Shown: positions 61,220 through 64,000 of the stretch, one piece after another
Layout of the letters: each line of letters opens with the position of its first letter
Position numbering within the stretch: position 1 is the stretch's first letter
Assembly (NCBI GenBank): GCA_051362555.1
Contig: CM120646.1
Location: 1,302,001 to 1,366,000 of the forward strand
Length of the DNA stretch: 64,000 nucleotides
From: Lingula anatina
Taxonomy: Eukaryota; Animalia; Brachiopoda
Direction of reading: 5' to 3'
Made by a program: the position numbers and the translations under genes
Notes under the pieces: generated by a model
The model's input: only the letters and a program-made list of their open reading frames with translations
Databases searched by the model: none
Told to the model about the DNA's origin: nothing

Positions 61220-62339
61220 TGTAAAAACTAAAATAAAGCCTTTGAAGAAAAGTTGGAGGGAGATTTTTAGTGCGCAATAACTGTATATTGGCGTGGAAAT
61301 GGCCTTTTTAGTCCCTTACCTACACTGGTCTATCGTTTCATTGTGTGAAAAGCTCCAGTGGCCAGACAATTTTCACGGTGCCATGAAGATAAACAGTTAA
61401 AAAATATCCACAATAAATTCGGCAACCGTAGGATGCGCCAACATATAGATAATTGCGATAGTATTTATGCCAAAACATCAAAATGAATAGCCCTGCCGTT
61501 CCAATCGGCAATCCTCGACTGTCGAGTGCGGAGACATCCGAGTAGTTCCAAGTGCTGCCGTTCTACCCTTTAAACCAATCAAAGCAACGGAAAGGGGTCA
61601 CGTGATCACTTGACCTACATCTGATCGATGTAAACAATGAATTTCCATGCGAAGCTTGCACATTTAATAGATGATTCCCATGCGTTGTTTCAATAAAAAA
61701 AAATACGTCCTAGGTTTTTAAAATCGATGTCAATATCGAGAGAAAGATTTTAATAGTTGGAAAATACGTGTATTTTAGGTGTATTTATATAATTGGCTAA
61801 ATGATGACGTGAATTCACGGCAAAAAGGTATGTAGTATAGCCCGTAGACTGTGCACTGTACCACTTCTACAATCGCACACAGGTCACACTATTACCCAAT
61901 ATAGTGATCATATAATCACTTGCATGTATGTTCAGTAATGTTACATTGAATGCATTTTAAATTGTCAGGTGTGTTAAAGCGCATATAATCACTTAAAATT
62001 ATTTGACTCAATATTTTACACTGATAAATAGTATAAATGCATGTGCAGAGTTACAAACTAGGTATCATGCGGACTGTCTGTTTATGAAGCTGGCAAGTGC
62101 TCAAAAAATTATTTCAAAAATATATAAGTGCTTCACTAGGTAGAATAATTGAGTTTTTTATGTTCAAGTTTATCTTTAAATTGCAGAGGTACAATTTTTA
62201 AAGAAGTTTAATTGTTGCAATTAATTGCAGCATTGTCTAGTAATAACAGCATATTAAAAGAAATAACAGCTCACATTTAACAAGGCTTTTATGATAAATA
62301 TAATATATTTTTCCAACTTAATTATTTCAACTGTGAAAT

Positions 62340-62835
62340 TATAACTTTCTACATACAAAGATTAATAAAATGCCATTCGAACAGGAACACTTAAAGTTTT
62401 GCAAATGGATTTTAGGTCTAAGAAAGCAGGCTAGCAATACCATTTTTAGAGCTAAGCTTGGCAGTTACCCTATTATTTCAACTATAACTAAACCTGTCTA
62501 AAGATTAGTCTTAGACTGGAACAACTACTAGTAGATAATAGAACTGTAAATCAGGTGCACAGTCTTGAGCAAGATACAAAGGGAAACACATGGACAGAAT
62601 CTATCCGAAGATAACAACCCACCAAAGAAATTATATCAAATAGAAAACCTTTTAGAAATATTGAACATAAAAATCGAAAAACATTTCTGGCAGGAATTAA
62701 ATAGCTCAATCTCAAACAAATTAAGGGCATACAAAACAATAAAAAAAATATTATGAATGTGAAAATTACATCAAAATGAGTGTCTCCCCATTAAATATCA
62801 AAACACTTGCAAAAATTAGACTAAGTGACCACAAC
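62340..62835 (+). mobile_element. Degraded RTE-X-like LINE fragment related to 13401-14333
   Basis: Translates to INKMPFEQEHLKFCKWILGLRKQASN..LG..P, then NKLRAYKTIK and LAKIRLSDHN, with frameshifts. Confidence 0.8.
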
Positions 62836-64000
62836 TTTTTTTTTTTTTTTTACAAATAATGCAGATAGCTGGCAGCACTGGTGACTTTGATATACCAAAC
62901 CCTGAGACTGATCTCAATTTCTTGGGAGATGGACCTTGTATTTTGGGAAGAGTACACCTGGTTGATGGTTCTTTAAAAGAAGCAAAATAACATTTTACTT
63001 TTCATACCATATATATTAGTGCATTATAATGTGCAGATACTGACTACTACAGAAACAACTTTAACATTGGATAAATATCCAAGTGGGTGTAACAAAGATA
63101 TGTAAAAATAGTAATGTGCTCAAAATTCAGTTATAAAAACAGTTGCCCTGTATAAATAAAAAGACAACATAGAATACATATTTCAAATAAAAACATCTGG
63201 ATACCTGGATACACAAATGATTTAGCAAATACAGAGCAGACCGCAAATCCTTGATTGTTGCAAGTGCTATTGCATATACAATCACTATGATTTAATTATA
63301 AAATAAATAAATAATAATGAAATAAGATAAGACAGTCGCATGTGAGTTTATCACATGATTGACACCAAGTGATATTAACAACTATAATTACATATATCCT
63401 CATGATTCAAAGGGCATAGGGTAGGTATAGGATTCAATGTATTAGTGGCTCAACATGTTCCTTTTATGAGGAACTAAGCTGTAACAAACTATAGGCAAAT
63501 GAGACCCACTGTTTAATATTTGTTGCAACTAAGACAAATAAATCAAGTTTAAAGATCTAATAATTAATAGGGAGCCCACTAGCATTCTGCTGCCCAGATT
63601 AATATCAGATGCTTTGAATAAAAGTGACTCTTCTCTTTAAACTGAACTACATCTACCAGTCACCCTACTCATTATAATTATTCCTTAATTGATACTGTTT
63701 GTCAACGTATTTCTTTATTGATACTATTTATGTATACCTTTACTGATTTTATTCATAAGGGAAAGTTACAAGGATTATTCCTAACAGTCCTAATTAAATT
63801 AATCACATTGCAGCTTGTTCTGTGAAAAGCTATCCTACTTTTTCTGGCTCACAAGATACAGTAAATATTCCCTAAAATACATTCTCATTGAAGTTGGGCT
63901 TAGCCTATACATATTTATATTCACTAATGGTTGCACATGAGCAGCAATGTAACTGGGGGGGAGGAACACTCCACAAATAACATAAAAGATTCTACCATGA

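Overview
AT-rich, repeat-dense animal genomic DNA. It is most consistent with a marine invertebrate such as a mollusc, but that is inferred only from the TE and gene families. The core is a minus-strand tandem cluster of three cGAS-like receptor (cGLR / Mab-21 nucleotidyltransferase) paralogs, each with an intact GS...DxD...D catalytic signature. Each is encoded almost entirely by one large exon entered through a phase-2 splice acceptor (29698, 36903, 51191). Upstream of these exons lie six homologous 31-nt AG...GT-bounded micro-exons (8 nt UTR + ATG + 20 nt, all phase 2). They sit in duplicated modules carrying NF-kB-like sites, and any of them would splice in frame to any downstream cGLR body. 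The middle paralog has swapped its C-terminus for an in-frame SGNH/GDSL esterase-like domain of probable LINE-ORF1 origin. The rest is mostly mobile DNA: degraded LINEs (CR1/L2 group, RTE-X-like), Tc1 and pogo/PHD relics (one carrying a decayed OTU-like domain), a non-autonomous LTR element with an acidic repeat ORF, solo LTRs, TTAA- and TAA-targeting MITEs, and local segmental duplications. All calls were read by eye without database searches.
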